Of a stretch of DNA of 64,000 bases, positions 43,012-57,713 are shown one piece after another. Source of the stretch: Chrysomallon squamiferum (Eukaryota > Animalia > Mollusca); the NCBI GenBank assembly GCA_012295275.1, contig CM022670.1, forward strand, positions 3,906,001-3,970,000. Reading direction: 5' to 3'. The notes beneath the pieces are model-generated. The model ran no database searches and was not told the DNA's origin. It saw only the letters and a program-made list of their open reading frames with translations. A program made the position numbers and the translations under genes. How positions within the stretch are numbered: the first letter of the stretch is position 1; each line of letters begins with the position of its first letter.

Positions 43012-44133
43012 AGGTATCCCAATATGTTATGATACGGTATGATACGATAAGGAATGATACGATAAAGAAAGGCATGCTTTGGTGTGGTATGGTGCTGTGT
43101 GTTACGCTGTTTTGTATGGCATTCTATGGCATAGCGTGGCATTGTACAGTAGGTAAAGTACAGTATGGTATGGTATTATATAGTATCATACCATATGGCA
43201 AACAATTATTGCAACTACTACTAATAATTATATAATTTTTATTTGTACAACTGCTGCAACTGCTACTACTACTACTTCTATACAGTTACTACTATTACAG
43301 TACTACTTCTATTAATAATATCAGTACCACTACTACTATTACTATTACTGCTATATTATTTTTCATTTAGTCATGAATTAATTTAATCGATACAAATATG
43401 CAGCTTTCAATCTTTTACAGCAGTAATAATAATACAGGTAATAACAACATGCGAACGTTCCAAAGGAAAAAAAGAAAAAAAATTCTAAACAAAACAGCAC
43501 CGAATAATGACTGTATTGTCTTTTTAGTAAACGGCAGCCAATTAACAAACCATAGAAATCTGTATTTATTCCGGAAGACTTTTTTTATTTTAAAAAAGAA
43601 AAAAAAAAAAATTACAGAATAATAATGTTTTCATTCAATTAACGGATTAAAACGTTCGCTTCTGTAAGAATACTTGAAATATCAAATGAGACACACGAGT
43701 TCCTGTTACATAGACATAATCCCATTTAAATGCTACGCTGCAAAGATTATCTGTGCATTATGACAGGCGTTGAATACCAGTTTAAAAAAGTAATGCGCTA
43801 GTTTATTGGAAGACAAGCTGATGTTACTAAGTTTGACGTCACTGAGATAGTTTGTATCCGCCATTTTCTAAAGAAAGAAAACTCGCTTTTGCCTCTTGAG
43901 TTCTATTTTTTTTTTTTTGTGTTATTCTTTTAGGGACCGAACTAAAATAACATGTTTAATTTATTATTAATCGTGATGTAGAATATTTTCGAACCATGGA
44001 ATAATAGTAATGATGTTGGTGATAACAATAATAATAGTATAATACTATTAAAAGTAGTAATAGTAATAATAGCAATAATAATATTAGTAGTAGAAGGAAG
44101 AGGAGTTTACTGGTAGAAGAAATAGAACCTGTT

Positions 44134-44183
<50 letters not shown>

Positions 44184-45176
44184 GTAACAGTAGCAGTAGT
44201 AAAAGTAGTATTTGTACTAGTAAAAGAAGTAGTAATAACAGTTGTAGTGGTAATTATTAATAGCAGTAGTAAATGTAGTAATACTAATAATAATAGAAGC
44301 AGTAGTAGTAGAAGTAATAATAGTAAAAGTAGTAGTAGTAATAGTAGTAGTAGTTGTAGCAGTAAAAGTAGTAGTAGTAGTAATAACAGAAATAGCAGTA
44401 GTGGTAGCAGTAACAGTAATAATAGTAATATTAGTAGAAAAAGAAGTACTAATTCAGTCACAGAAGAAGAAATAGTAATTATTATTTCATTTTTCTGTGC
44501 CTCTTTAAATTAAAACATTATTTATTTATTATTTTTCCTTATTGCAAACTGAACTCATAACAAACAGCTCTTATACTCCAATGTCTTATTGGCAAGAACG
44601 TAGTTTTCGCTGTCCTCCACAGAGAATCGATCTAATGCTCCTCAGCTCCTCACGGGAGCCATCTACGCCCCGCTCACCAGCAAAAAGATGGTAACAGCTA
44701 CTGACGGAGCTGTTCCCAATAAACAGTCGCGACTAAGTAACATTTCACAATCGTCGATCGATCCACGCTAAACCTGGACGGCCGGCTCCATTTTTACAGC
44801 TCTTTCCGAGGTTTTGACAGTCCCTGAACGTGTGTGGCAATTTAATTTCTGTAGCGATTACCGGAAGAAAAAAAACAAAAAAAAAAACGATCTTTAACCT
44901 CAACTGACCTGATTCCGTTGAGCATGTATTGAACGCTGTTGATCGTTAAGAATCTGCTCTTAAGCGCCGATGTGTTTTTCTTGTCGACGCTGCTATTTTA
45001 GGGCTACTGCTACTACTATTACTATTACTAGTATTACTATTGCTACTACTACTGTTGCTACTACCACTACTGCTACGACTGTTAATCCTACTACTGCTAT
45101 TACTGTTAATCCTACTACTACTCCTACTACTATTATTGCTGTTACTACCAATACTATGACTATGACTGCTACTATG

Positions 45177-45207
<31 letters not shown>

Positions 45208-47647
45208 TTGCTGCAACTACTACCACCATGACCACTCCACAAATATTATTCCTGCTATAATTATTACTATCACTACTACTACAACTACGTACAAGTGTGT
45301 GTATGTCTGTGTGCGTGCGTGCGTGCGTGCGTGCGTGCATGCGTATGTGCGTGTGTGTATGTATGTATGTATTCGCGTGTGTATTTGCCAAGAGAAACTA
45401 CAGCTGCATTCTATAAACTATAACGTGTAGAGGGATTTCCACACACAAACAAATCAAGGCAACTCTTTAAGAGTCCGCTGGAAAAGAGACATAATAATTT
45501 CCGCCGAACCAATTAAGCCAATCCGTCTACTCCGGGATGCCCCGTTATTCTCGTCAGTCGCGGTGTCTGGAAGTCTAGGGCAATGACCTGCCTCAATTGC
45601 TGAGTTGAATGTCATCAAGCGAGGTGGTCAACGTCCTTGCTCTGCCCAACTGACCCGTTAATCAGCGGCCCGAAATATTCCTCGCTCTTTCATTAACAGG
45701 ATGTGGAACTGGGGTGGAACTTTCGTGATCTCAGTACGTGATTTGTTTAAACATCCTCGCACATCAGAAACATCAGAATAAATGATCTCTTGTTACTGGG
45801 ACATTTTGTCAGGTATTCAAACGTACCACAGAATTGTATCCTGTTATATAAAAAAAAAAAATAATAAAATAAAATAAAATAAAATTAAATTAAATTCAAA
45901 AAATAAAATAAAAATAAAATAAAATAAAAAATGTTTCGGTCTTATAACATCTGTGGACTGAACATTTGTGCAAGAATTATTAATAACAAGTGTATAAAGT
46001 TTAAATTTGTGTTAATTTTTATTACTCGATTTTTCCGGCTTGTATCAGAGGAGTAACTGTCTGTTGTTTTGTTTGTTTGTTTTGTTGACGTAGTAGCAGG
46101 AGGTGTTGTTTGTTACGTCATTATTTTCCTTTACTGATGATAGTTAATGAATTTTCCGTGTCCTGGTATTGATTCTGATGTGACTCAATATGCAGTGATC
46201 AGGTCATCTGACTTCAGAACTGTAACCACTGGGATCAAATCTCGATACTTGACGTAGAACAGGTGTGTCAAGATTTACTAGTAATCTATCAGTTCGGTCA
46301 GTAACAGCGTCTGTCACTGGAAAGACAGGACAGGCGTGCTTGAATTATATAATAAATGTAGTTATTGAACATAAACAAAAGACAGAATTCAGCTAGCAAA
46401 TGAGAACGTAAGTAAAAATTCGCTTGATTTAGATTAATCTCTGATACTTTATCTCTTCAAGACTCCAAAACTCGGACAACTTCTTGGACCAGCGTATCAG
46501 AAAGTCCCCAGCATCTCCGCTTCCTTACAACAAACGTCAGTAACAAAACACTGAAACACTTAAATAAATAATATAAGTAATTCTGAAACTGGTAATATAC
46601 TATATATTCCATTTAAACAGAAAAGCAAAGACAATTGCATGCGATCTTTGTTAATTGAATACCAAAAAAAATGAAGTTTCTGTATAAGCTTTTTTCTAAA
46701 CTTGCTTTACCTAAATCAGCCCTGAGTACATTTTCCAGTGTTATTTGAATTTCTATTTTCATTATCTTTTTACCATTATTAACTGTCCTTATTATCACAG
46801 GACGATTGCGAGCAGAATTAGATTCACGTCACGGTACGATTATGACATTTCATTATAAATGCAGTGATTCATCGACGTACTGAATTATGTACGCACTTAA
46901 TCAACGTTGGTTTTGTTAGTACGCTTTTAACTGGACACAATTACACGTGATCATGTCATGGTACGGTTTTGATATTTCGTTGTAAATGTAGTGATAAACT
47001 ATTATTACCACAACATTATTAAACATAACAACTGAATTAATGTATTTTACATAATTATATACATATCTAAACACATACACACATAAAATAGCATTGGTTA
47101 TTTAAGCTTAAGGGTAATGAAACAAATGAACAAAATCTTGGTCAGTGTGAAAAAGGGAATAATTTCATGTCCTTTTTCGACCGACCTCAAAATGTATGCC
47201 TCTTTGAATCAAAATGAATGTCGAATGTCTGAAAATTACAACTGACATTAAATTAAATCCTTGTCATTTCTAATTGCTTATTCCACGATTTAAATTCTCC
47301 GGTCACGGTAAAGGAATGATAAAATCAGAGATCTTCGTAGAAACCAGCCCTGATATGTGTTTTAGAAAATACAGCATCATCTATGAGGCTGGTACACATG
47401 CTTACGAAAGTATGTTCTATTTATTAATATTTAATTATACACAATCGATCAGAAGCGTTCGTGATGTTGTCACAGTAGGTTTATTCAAGGATATTAACAT
47501 TATAGAACAAAAAAAAAAACTGATTTTCGATGAATGTCAGTTATTTATTCTGTAAACTTTCTGCACTAACTCCGCATGTTTCAATGTTTTCGTTTTATAT
47601 ACTTTTTATATTTATATTTGTTATTGGTTTTGTTCTTTATTCACGTA

Positions 47648-47680
<33 letters not shown>

Positions 47681-49276
47681 ATTTTTATTATTGTTGTTCT
47701 TTTTATTATCTTTGTTTTTGCTAATATTACTGAATTTTATTTTTGAAAGGTTTTTATTTCTGTTGTTGTTTTTGATGTTATTGTTGTTGTTGCCGGTGGT
47801 TTTTCTGATTTTATAATTGTTCATCCTTGAACTGTTTTTTTTTTTCATTCTTACAAATATATTGAACGCGCCACTAACTTTCACAACAGACACACACGTC
47901 ATTAACCTACATATTAATTATTAAAAAACCTCAGGGCTCAATAATATCATCATATTATTCTGCAAAACCTGAAATAAATAAAAAAAATACATTAATAAAA
48001 AAAAAGAAATAATACAAAATTTCAAAAACATTAACTGTTCTCGTGTCTATCTGTATTGATTTCCGAGTGCTAAAATGTCAACGGAAAACATTTTACTTTT
48101 GTTGTCGATCATAACTGCATCTACGCTCATAATGAGACTGAGCTTAATAAATACTTTTCGTTTGCCCCTGGGACCACAACAGTCTATTTACGCATAGAAA
48201 TAACTGTCTGTCTGTCTGTCTGTCTGTGTGTGTGTCCTGAGATTGTAGTAGTTGTTAATAGTTGGTGACGAAGCTAGAACCATTGGAGGCCAAAGACTGC
48301 TTTTTTTTTTTTCTTCCTGGCACATTTAACTCTTCCGTCTAGACGATGTCTCACTTTCGTGAACTGAGAAGTGGCTTTTACAAAATGTAATTGGATTGTG
48401 CGGGTAATATCGCATACAAGAACAATATGGTTAAGTATTGAGTGTTGGAAAAGAGAAAAATGGACGCAGTAGCCCAGTGTTTTGTGAATTTTATTATTCG
48501 TGATGTTGCTGGAGTCAGTTCCAGTTACTCTAAATTGAATTTTTTTTTTTTTTTTTTTTTTAACAACAGTTATTAGTACTTCACGAATTAATACCAAAAC
48601 CACGACTACTGCTACTGCTGCTACTACTACTAACTACTATTACTACTACTACCACTAATGCTAATAATAATACTAATACTCTTACTATTTGTACTAGCAT
48701 TTGTATTAGTAGAAGAAGTAATAGTAATAACAGTAGCAGTATTAGTAGTAGCAGTAATAATAATACTAGTAGTAATAATAACAGTAGCAATGTAGTAATA
48801 GTAACAATAGTAGCAGTAGAAGTAGTAGTAATAATAGTAGTAGAAGTAGAAGTAGTGGTAGTAGTAGTAGTGGTAGTAGTAGTAGTAGTAGTAGTAGTAA
48901 AAGGTGTACGTTTCAATAGTGTCTGTTGAAAGTGCGATGACGTTGACTAAAACTTCAGACAATTTTCGAGATGCTTTCTGTAGAGAACTACTACAAGCAA
49001 GCCTTTCATGGACACAAACTACTCAAAAGCGGTCTGTTTTTGTTGTTGTTGTTGATGTTGAATATTAACGTGTATTATTTAGCCTATTTTCACCATCTTG
49101 TTGGGCCGTCTGTCTGAACGTTAATTCAAGATAAGCAAAAACATACACGATGGAAAGACGAGCGAGCTAATTGTTTCTGGAAATAAAGCTAATCTCGCGT
49201 TTATCTGGAGACGGTGTAAAGCTTAGAGCTTAAGCAGAGAAATCCAATATGACTTTTTCTATACGTTATTTAATCT

Positions 49277-49326
<50 letters not shown>

Positions 49327-50568
49327 TAGGAAGAAAAATAATGTGAATCTTAAATATTCTGAAAAAAAAAAAAAATGGTACAGTAAGTTTATTGTCCATT
49401 GTCCATACGCAATATTTCTGTATGTCGGTGTGATACCGAATTTTTTCTTTTTCTTTCCTCGTTTTTATTTTTTCACTCTCTATCTTTTCATTCATCTATT
49501 TAACATATTTTACAGTTGATCTGTTTAACCTGCCACTATGTAAAATCCCAGATGTATTCAGTCAATTCATATAACAACTAAAATGTTCAGTCATTTCATG
49601 AAATAACTGAAACTGACTGCTTTCTGTTACACAGAACGCGTGAATGCGAATCAGACAGTCTGTGTAATATGTGGGGTTTTTTTGACATCATGTATGATCA
49701 TATTCTGTATTTAACATTAGTTACATTTTAATATTTTAGTTGTCTGATATTTTCAACAGTTCACTTGATTGTTATTAATAGTTTCTATTGATTCTGCCTT
49801 TTTGAACACGCTGAAGCGATTTTAAATATCAAAGGTAATTACATTCTGAACTTACCGCTTAGAACAATGCAATGTGCTCATTGATCTTACACTCAATAAC
49901 AGCAGACAAACAGCGACAGAGATGGGAGGAATGCAAAGTATGGGAGACGGCTATTCTCAACCTTTTACTTTCCAGTTTCTTTTCTAGTATGAAGACAGAG
50001 AGGTTTATAAAGTAATTTTTGTCAAGTTCCTAGCAATTAAAATTAACTTGTTAATTTTCTGTAATTATATTAGTATAGTTTGTTCACCTCTCATAAATAA
50101 GAAATATATTAAGTTATCTCAGCAAAAATTAAAAAAAGCTCGGTCTTGATTTACTGGATTTATAGCTGTACAATATTGCAGGTGGTTCGGGTGTTCTCGG
50201 TAAATCGGTGCAGTAGTTTTTATCAGTGTTGCTGTTGCGTAGATTTTATGTAATATTATAAGATGTATGTCTTTCTCTGTGTTTCAGTTATCGATGAATA
50301 AAAAAATAAAAAATAAAAAATAAAAAAATAAAGAAAGATGATAATACGCTAATTATTGTATTATGCTGTTTGAAACAAGATAATACCGCTGTAATAAATC
50401 TGAAGAAGAAAAGACCATAAAAAAACAAAATCTATCACTTTTTGTAAAACTCACATCAGTACTGGACGTACAGGGATCATGTGAAAACAGCTGCAGATCA
50501 GAATCTTCAGTACCTTTATAGATCTATAAATCTCATCTGCTTATCAACTCCGTCGATAGCTTAATGCA

Positions 50569-50634
<66 letters not shown>

Positions 50635-51304
50635 GGATGATGCGAAGGAACTACCCCGGAGATATTTTCTCCATTTTCAAGTTGAACTTATGACCTTAAA
50701 TGTAAACAGAGAAAGAGGTGGGATCCAGGGAAACAGATCGGACACGTCAAAAGGTGTTACGGTGTTAGTGGAAAAAAAAAAAAATAATATGGAAAAAACA
50801 TGAGAGGAAAACAAGGTTTCTAATTAATGTTTTCATGCCGACAAACAACGTATCGATTTACCACGGACAAACTTTATTAGCCAAGCTCGTCAAGTTAGCG
50901 TCGTTTACGTTTCTGTTGTGATTATGTTGAGTTAGTGTGAACAAGGCGAGACAGACAGACAGACAGACAGATGGATGGGTGGATGGACGGACAGAAATGA
51001 GAATGTGTTTGTGGACTTCTGTTGGTCTCTGTGTGTGCGTGTGTGTACGCGTGTGTGTGTGTGTGTGTGTGTGTTTGAAACAGAAAAATACTGAAGGTGA
51101 AAAAGAGAGGCATGATAAGGACTGATGAAAGTTATTTAACAGACAAACAAAGAGAGCGATTGTATTGTAATAGTTACTTGCATCCTTTCATTGTAATAAT
51201 GTAGTGTTTTTTAAAATCTAATCTACCTTCCAGCCTACATACATACATAACTACAAACATATATAAATATATATAACAAACAAATAACCATAGATACATA
51301 TACT

Positions 51305-51335
<31 letters not shown>

Positions 51336-51401
51336 TGATACATACATATGTACATACATACATACATACATACATTTACAAATATACATATATACATAAA
51401 C

Positions 51402-51453
<52 letters not shown>

Positions 51454-53121
51454 AGATTGACTAAGGTAATTTATAAACTGTTTGTTTTTCCGAATATCCC
51501 ATAACCAGCGCTAATCCGAAAATCCATACACATGATAATTTGATCGGTACGAAAGCTTTACATGTCAAATTGAATGAAGACCTCGGCTTGGTCGGAGTCG
51601 CTAATTAATTCCATGTAAAGCTTAATATCAAAGAACAGCAGCTGTTCACAGTCAGGGATGGAAATGAATTCGCAGGCTGAAAGCCATTTGGCGAGTTTCA
51701 TTTGAGCGAAACCATTACGGATGATTAGCCGGGAAGAAGCAAATTAGGATATCTTATTGTGAGGAAAAGTAGATCATCCGGCGCAACAAAACGAAAATAA
51801 TCACCGGTTCAGTCTTCTCCACATCTTTATCTCAACAGCTAATGCTTTGCAATTACAATTACAGCTGTATTTGTCTTTACCATTAGAAATACCTTTAGAC
51901 ATGCACTTACATTTACAATTACGAACACACTTCTATATATGCACTTATATATATTACCAGTTCCAGATATACTTACCCATACACATTCATTTATTTACAC
52001 ATATAATTACAATTCTAAGTACATATACACATACACTTACATTTACAATTATGAATAACTAACATATGCATTTACATTTATAATTATGAATACACTTATA
52101 TATGTGAGCGTATATTTACAGTTCTAAGTACACTCATACATATATTTACACTCCTATTTACAACTGTATTTTGTACTTACAAATACACTTATAAATGTGA
52201 ACTTATTTACAATTATAAATATACTAATACTAACAATTTCAAAACCATTTACATCAAAATTAACAATGATATTTGCACTTAAACTTAATTTCCTGTATTC
52301 ATTGTTACTTGCTGATACAAAAAAAAAAAAAAAAAAAAAAAAAAACTTATACAGAGAAACAGATGCTCATTGTTATTACAATGGTATAATTGTTATAAAA
52401 CACAGCAAATTCAAAAAAAAAAAAAAAAAAAAAAGAAGAAAGAAAGAAAGATAGATAGATTGACGGATAGATAGATGGATAGATATATAGACAGATGGAG
52501 AGACAGACAAACTCAATAAGATAGAGAGAGAAAAGAAAGAAGAAAGAAAATATACATGTATATGATAAAAGCACTAATTAATTATGGTTTAGTTATAAAT
52601 ATTACTAAAAGCTGCGACACATTATTATTTTATATATATGCATGTGTGTGTGTGTGTGTGTGTGTGAATATGTACACGCACACGCAAGAACACACACAAA
52701 CAAGCACACACATATACAATTATTTCTAATGTGTGTGTGTGTGTGTTATTTCTTTCTTAACAAACTTGTTTCAGCTAGAACGTTAAATGATTAAAAAAAA
52801 AAATAATAAAAAAAATGTTTAAATATGATGTGGCCAGACAGTTTATAACACCCTTGATCAGAAAATGATCTCTCTGATTGTTTTTTTTTTCCCTTTCACA
52901 GAATTATTTCCTTCATGGCCTCAGACATAAAAGCCACCATGAACACACGAAGACACAAAACCTTTACAAAGGCATATCGATTACGAAGTATTTTTGTTTT
53001 ATTAAAATGTTTTCAAAAAAAACCAAATAGATTTTTTCTTTTTCGTACTGCAATCTTTTTCATGTCCATTACATATGAAAATATGTATTTTTAAAATATT
53101 ATTATTATTATTATTACTACT

Positions 53122-53231
53122 ACTAGTAGTAGTAGTAGTAATAGTAGTAGTAGAAGTAGTAGTAGCAGTAGTAGCAGTAGTAGTTGTAGTAGTAGTAGTT
53201 GTAGTAGTAGTAGTTGTACTAGTAGTAGTAA

Positions 53232-53316
<85 letters not shown>

Positions 53317-53330
53317 TGTAGTAGTAGTAA
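53122..53330. repeat. (GTA)n microsatellite
   Basis: Read directly; source of the poly-Val ORF. Confidence 0.96.
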
Positions 53331-53667
53331 TCTATCGTCTTGAGCTGCTTTTGTTTAGCTTAGTATGATGAAAGGTCAGTATTAAAAAATCCTTTAACAA
53401 TTTCAAATATTGCAGATTTCCCCACTTGAACCAGTTCGCTGATTTTGAATTTATACGAGGTGAGTAGATCAGTGGGGAAAACCTTTTGTGGCAAAAACTG
53501 ACATAAAGTCAATGGCCAAGCATTTAAAAATTTTCCTTTTATATTCAGTTCTTGTAATTTATTAATTATTTATGCAGCTCTAGGAGCACAGGCTTTCTTG
53601 TTCTTTTCACTGTAGATTTCAAAGCAGTAATTTCCTTTTTTTAACAAAAAAGAGATTAAATAAAAAG

Positions 53668-53722
<55 letters not shown>

Positions 53723-53785
53723 AAAAATGAAAACAAAGAACTTCTGCTTTCTTCAAGAACATTGTTCATTTGAGGGGAGAGAATA

Positions 53786-53827
<42 letters not shown>

Positions 53828-54219
53828 TAATAAAGAACAAAACTACAGACTTCGTATGATAATGTATTTCATTTGATTTAAATCCAGCAACAGCTGGTAA
53901 AAGAAGTTATTCCAGTTTTAATGAAATGCGATGTCGTGACAGTCAGATTCGTCACAGCAGACGTGGACGGTGTGATGATGGCCAGTTATTCACGTCAGCA
54001 CAAAAGTATCATTTTATTAATGTTCCGTGTTTTTGTTTGTTTTGTTAATCGACAGTTAATCCGATTCCCTCTTTCTCTGCTGTTCATTCACTCTTTTTCT
54101 CTCTCTGTTTCGCTGTCTCACTCTCGTTTTTCGGTTTAAAAACCGGCTAACTTCATTCCTACAAATATAATCACCTTTCTTTGTTTTTTCATACACCTTT
54201 CCTTTCATTCTTTCTCTAC

Positions 54220-54700
54220 CTCTACTACTACCACAAACACTATATCTACTATCACAAATACTACAGCTGCTACTATCACAAATACTATATCTACTACTAT
54301 CACAAACACTACCTCTACTATCACAAATACTATATCTACTACAATCACAAATACTATATCCACTACTATCACAAACACTAGCTTTACTACTATCTCAAAT
54401 ACTATATCTACTATTATCAGAAACACTATATCCACTATTATCACAAACACTATCTCTACTAGTATCAGAAATACTATATCTACTGCTATCACAAACACTA
54501 CCTCTACTACTATCACAAATACTGTCTCTACTACTATCACAAACACTACCTCTATTACTGTCACAAATACTGTCTCTACTACTATCACAAACACTACCTC
54601 TACTACTATCACAAATACTATATCTACTACTATCTACAAATACTGTCTCTACTACTATCACAAATACTACCTCTACTACTATCACAAATACTGTCTTTAC
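54220..54700. repeat. 24-bp minisatellite, ~20 copies, with some 21-bp variants
   Basis: Unit CTACTACTATCACAAA(T/C)ACTATAT and variants. Confidence 0.93.
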
Positions 54701-54776
54701 TATTATCGGACATTCTGTTAATGCCAATAAAGATGATAATGATTCAGACTGCTGTCATTACTGCTGTTACTACTAT

Positions 54777-54786
<10 letters not shown>

Positions 54787-54870
<84 letters not shown>
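54787..54870. repeat. Perfect 84-bp palindrome (ACT)14(AGT)14
   Basis: (ACT)16 from 54781 abuts (AGT)14 from 54829 with no spacer; AGT is the reverse complement of ACT. Confidence 0.93.
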
Positions 54871-54871
<1 letters not shown>

Positions 54872-55074
54872 AGATAGAAACAAATTTTTCATGTAAAATT
54901 AATACTACTACTACTACTCCTAGTAGTAGTAGTACTAGTAGTAGTAGTAGTAAGATAAAAAAATAAAAAATTAATTTAATTAAAACAAAAAAAAAGACAG
55001 AGAGCGAAAGAAAAAGACATTAGCGCTGTTCGCGTTCTTCTCGACTTCAACAGACAAATTTTCGGAGGTTTACG

Positions 55075-55530
55075 GTGTTCTCCTGTTGCAGTGTCTGCCG
55101 AGCTATTCATCTGACGCTCCGCAGACTTTCAGCATTATCGATTCACTGCCATATGGCACTCCGGTGCACTACGCCCGCCACAACAATCATTAGTTATGTG
55201 CGCATGCCCGACGTATTCCTCCGCGGTGGCGGGAGTGAAGTGGTCACGTGCTGCTGGCAGAGACGCGTGGGAGTTTTGCTGAAAGCCATCGATCGAAATG
55301 GAAAGGCTGGCTGCGTCCACGGCGCGTACAAACGACGACGACGACGTTGGCGAGTTTCTCGAGATCGAGGCGGGCGGGACTGGTTCCGACCGCTCAATTG
55401 ATTGGTTACGTAACACCGCGCGTTATCTGTCCGTTATGCCTGCATTCGGAAACGCTCGTCGGTTCAAGTTTAAGAATTATGTACGTTAAATTAAGCATGC
55501 CATGTCTTTCAGTGCGCGCTGCATCGTCAT
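55075..55530. promoter_or_regulatory. CpG-island-like candidate Pol II promoter
   Basis: Among the most GC/CpG-rich segments of the window. NRF1-like TGCGCATGCC 55199, GTCACGTG E-box 55243-55250, GGCGGGCGGG 55369, reverse CCAAT (TGATTGGTT) 55399, TTACGTAA 55406, palindrome TGCCATATGGCA 55147. Confidence 0.6.
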
Positions 55531-57367
55531 AGAAACCTCTAACCTGTTCCTACAACTGCAGAATCAGGAGAAAAAAAGAAAAAAAGAAAGAAAAATTTAA
55601 AAAAAAGAAAAAGAAAGATAGGCTGAAAAAAAAGAAAGATTGCGTAATATGACAGACTGGAATCCTGCATGTTAAGTTGGTTTCGGATCAGCATGCTTAG
55701 GCAGTTGTAGATAATATTTTGAAGAATTTACATAAATTTGATTATAAATGTCTTCTACTGGAAGGAATCAGGTTCTTTTATTCAGACATGGCGTAAATTC
55801 TTTTTATTTTTAAATTCAGCTAAATTTTTTTTTTTTTTTTTTTTTTGCCTTTCAGAAAATATATCCAAAAATTCAAGTTCCGTACAGTTTATCGGATTAA
55901 ACTTATTTAAAATAAAATAGTTCGATGGGATTTTATTTATTCATTTATTTATTATTATTATTATTATTATAGGAAATTACTTATCAGATGGTAAAACTAG
56001 TTTCAGTTAAGTTTCTAAATGTTAGCGCAGAGTACAAAACGAACTGTAATAATTACTGATTATTATTAATATTCACTAATGTTGTTATTCTGGAATAGCT
56101 AGTATCAAGACAGGTTGCTGTTACTGCTACTACTATTAGTTATAACAGTGTTACATACTATAACTTATTATTCCTGCTACTGTTACTACTATTACTATTT
56201 CCACTAGTACTACTACAACTGCTGGTGGTACTGCTGTTACTATTACTACAGCTACTGCTACTACTTGTACAATTACTGCAAATACCACTATCACCACCAC
56301 AACCATCTCTACAAGCACCATCACTGCTATCACCTCAACAACCACGACCACTTCCAATACCACTATCATCGCTTCTTCTGTTATTATTATTACCGCTATT
56401 GCTTCTGTTTCTTCTATTATTGCTTCTATAAGTTCTAGCAACAACATATAACCGCTGTGACTGCTATTGCTGTTACAAAAGACAATTGCTGATGAAGCAT
56501 AAATTCAAATGGGATTTGTAATTTCTGTAGCCTGTTCGGTTTTAATCACACGTGTTGTTGTCTTTGGGCTGAACGGCATGTCTTTATAGTTACGATGCTT
56601 CTCTATACCTCGACTGAATAAATTACGACGCTAAAAATAATCTAGAAGATTTAGATCCAAGCAAAACTTGTGGCTGTTTGATTTAAATTTATTTATTATC
56701 GTCTGTTGCTTGGACTATTTTAGCTTTCAAGCCTGTTTGTCATCTCGTGATTCTTTCTATCAAAGAGTGTTACGTGTACGCTGGTGTCTTTGCTGGAGAT
56801 AAATAAAACAAAAACCAGTAATTTCTGAAGTGGTTTTTTTTCTCTTTGTTTTCGGTTTTTTAGCTTTTTTTTTTTTTTTTTTTTTGTTCTGATCACAACA
56901 GAATCCTTGCTGAAAAGAATGTTCCATAAGAGAACGTTAAGTACAAATAAATTAAATTTCTAAATTAAAAAACACAAGTCAGCAGATCAGAATGGCTCAA
57001 TGCAAACACAACAGTCCCCCAAAAACCCGAAATAGCCGGACATCGTAACCATGCTGTTCTTAAACCTTTTCATTCTTTGTTTTTAGCTGTTATCGTTCAT
57101 TCATTGCGCATTATTATATTATCGATGCATTCGTTTGTTATCGTTCATTCATTTTGCATGCATTATTCATGCGTTCTTTCATTCGTTCCGACTTCACAAG
57201 TTGCAGTACAAACATCAGTCCATTAGGAATGTCGTGTCCATGTTTCCCTCGTGAATTGCCTGGGTTTCTGAATAACAACAGCGTTTAGTAATTGACACGA
57301 CTAAAAATGGTTGTCTAAATAGTGTTAACACTATTTCTAAACATACCACAAGAAAGGACACACACGT

Positions 57368-57433
<66 letters not shown>

Positions 57434-57634
57434 GACTTTCACAAACAAACATGAAACAAAACACACAGGTACATGTATTTACATATAAATGCTGTGTCTA
57501 TCATCATCTGTATCATTTTTATTACACTATCTTTTTTTTTCTTTCATTTTTATCTTTTTATCCCCAAATTTTACCTAACGTATAGCCTTAGCCACTTAAC
57601 CACCGTTTTTATTTGTTAACTAACAATAATTGTG

Positions 57635-57713
<79 letters not shown>

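Noticed and set aside
54205-54727. Val-rich and DSSR-repeat ORFs
   Set aside because: Frames of the 24-bp minisatellite.
55075-55532. Five overlapping 63-108 aa ORFs on both strands
   Set aside because: Expected from local GC richness; no recognisable protein, and promoter motifs explain the segment better.
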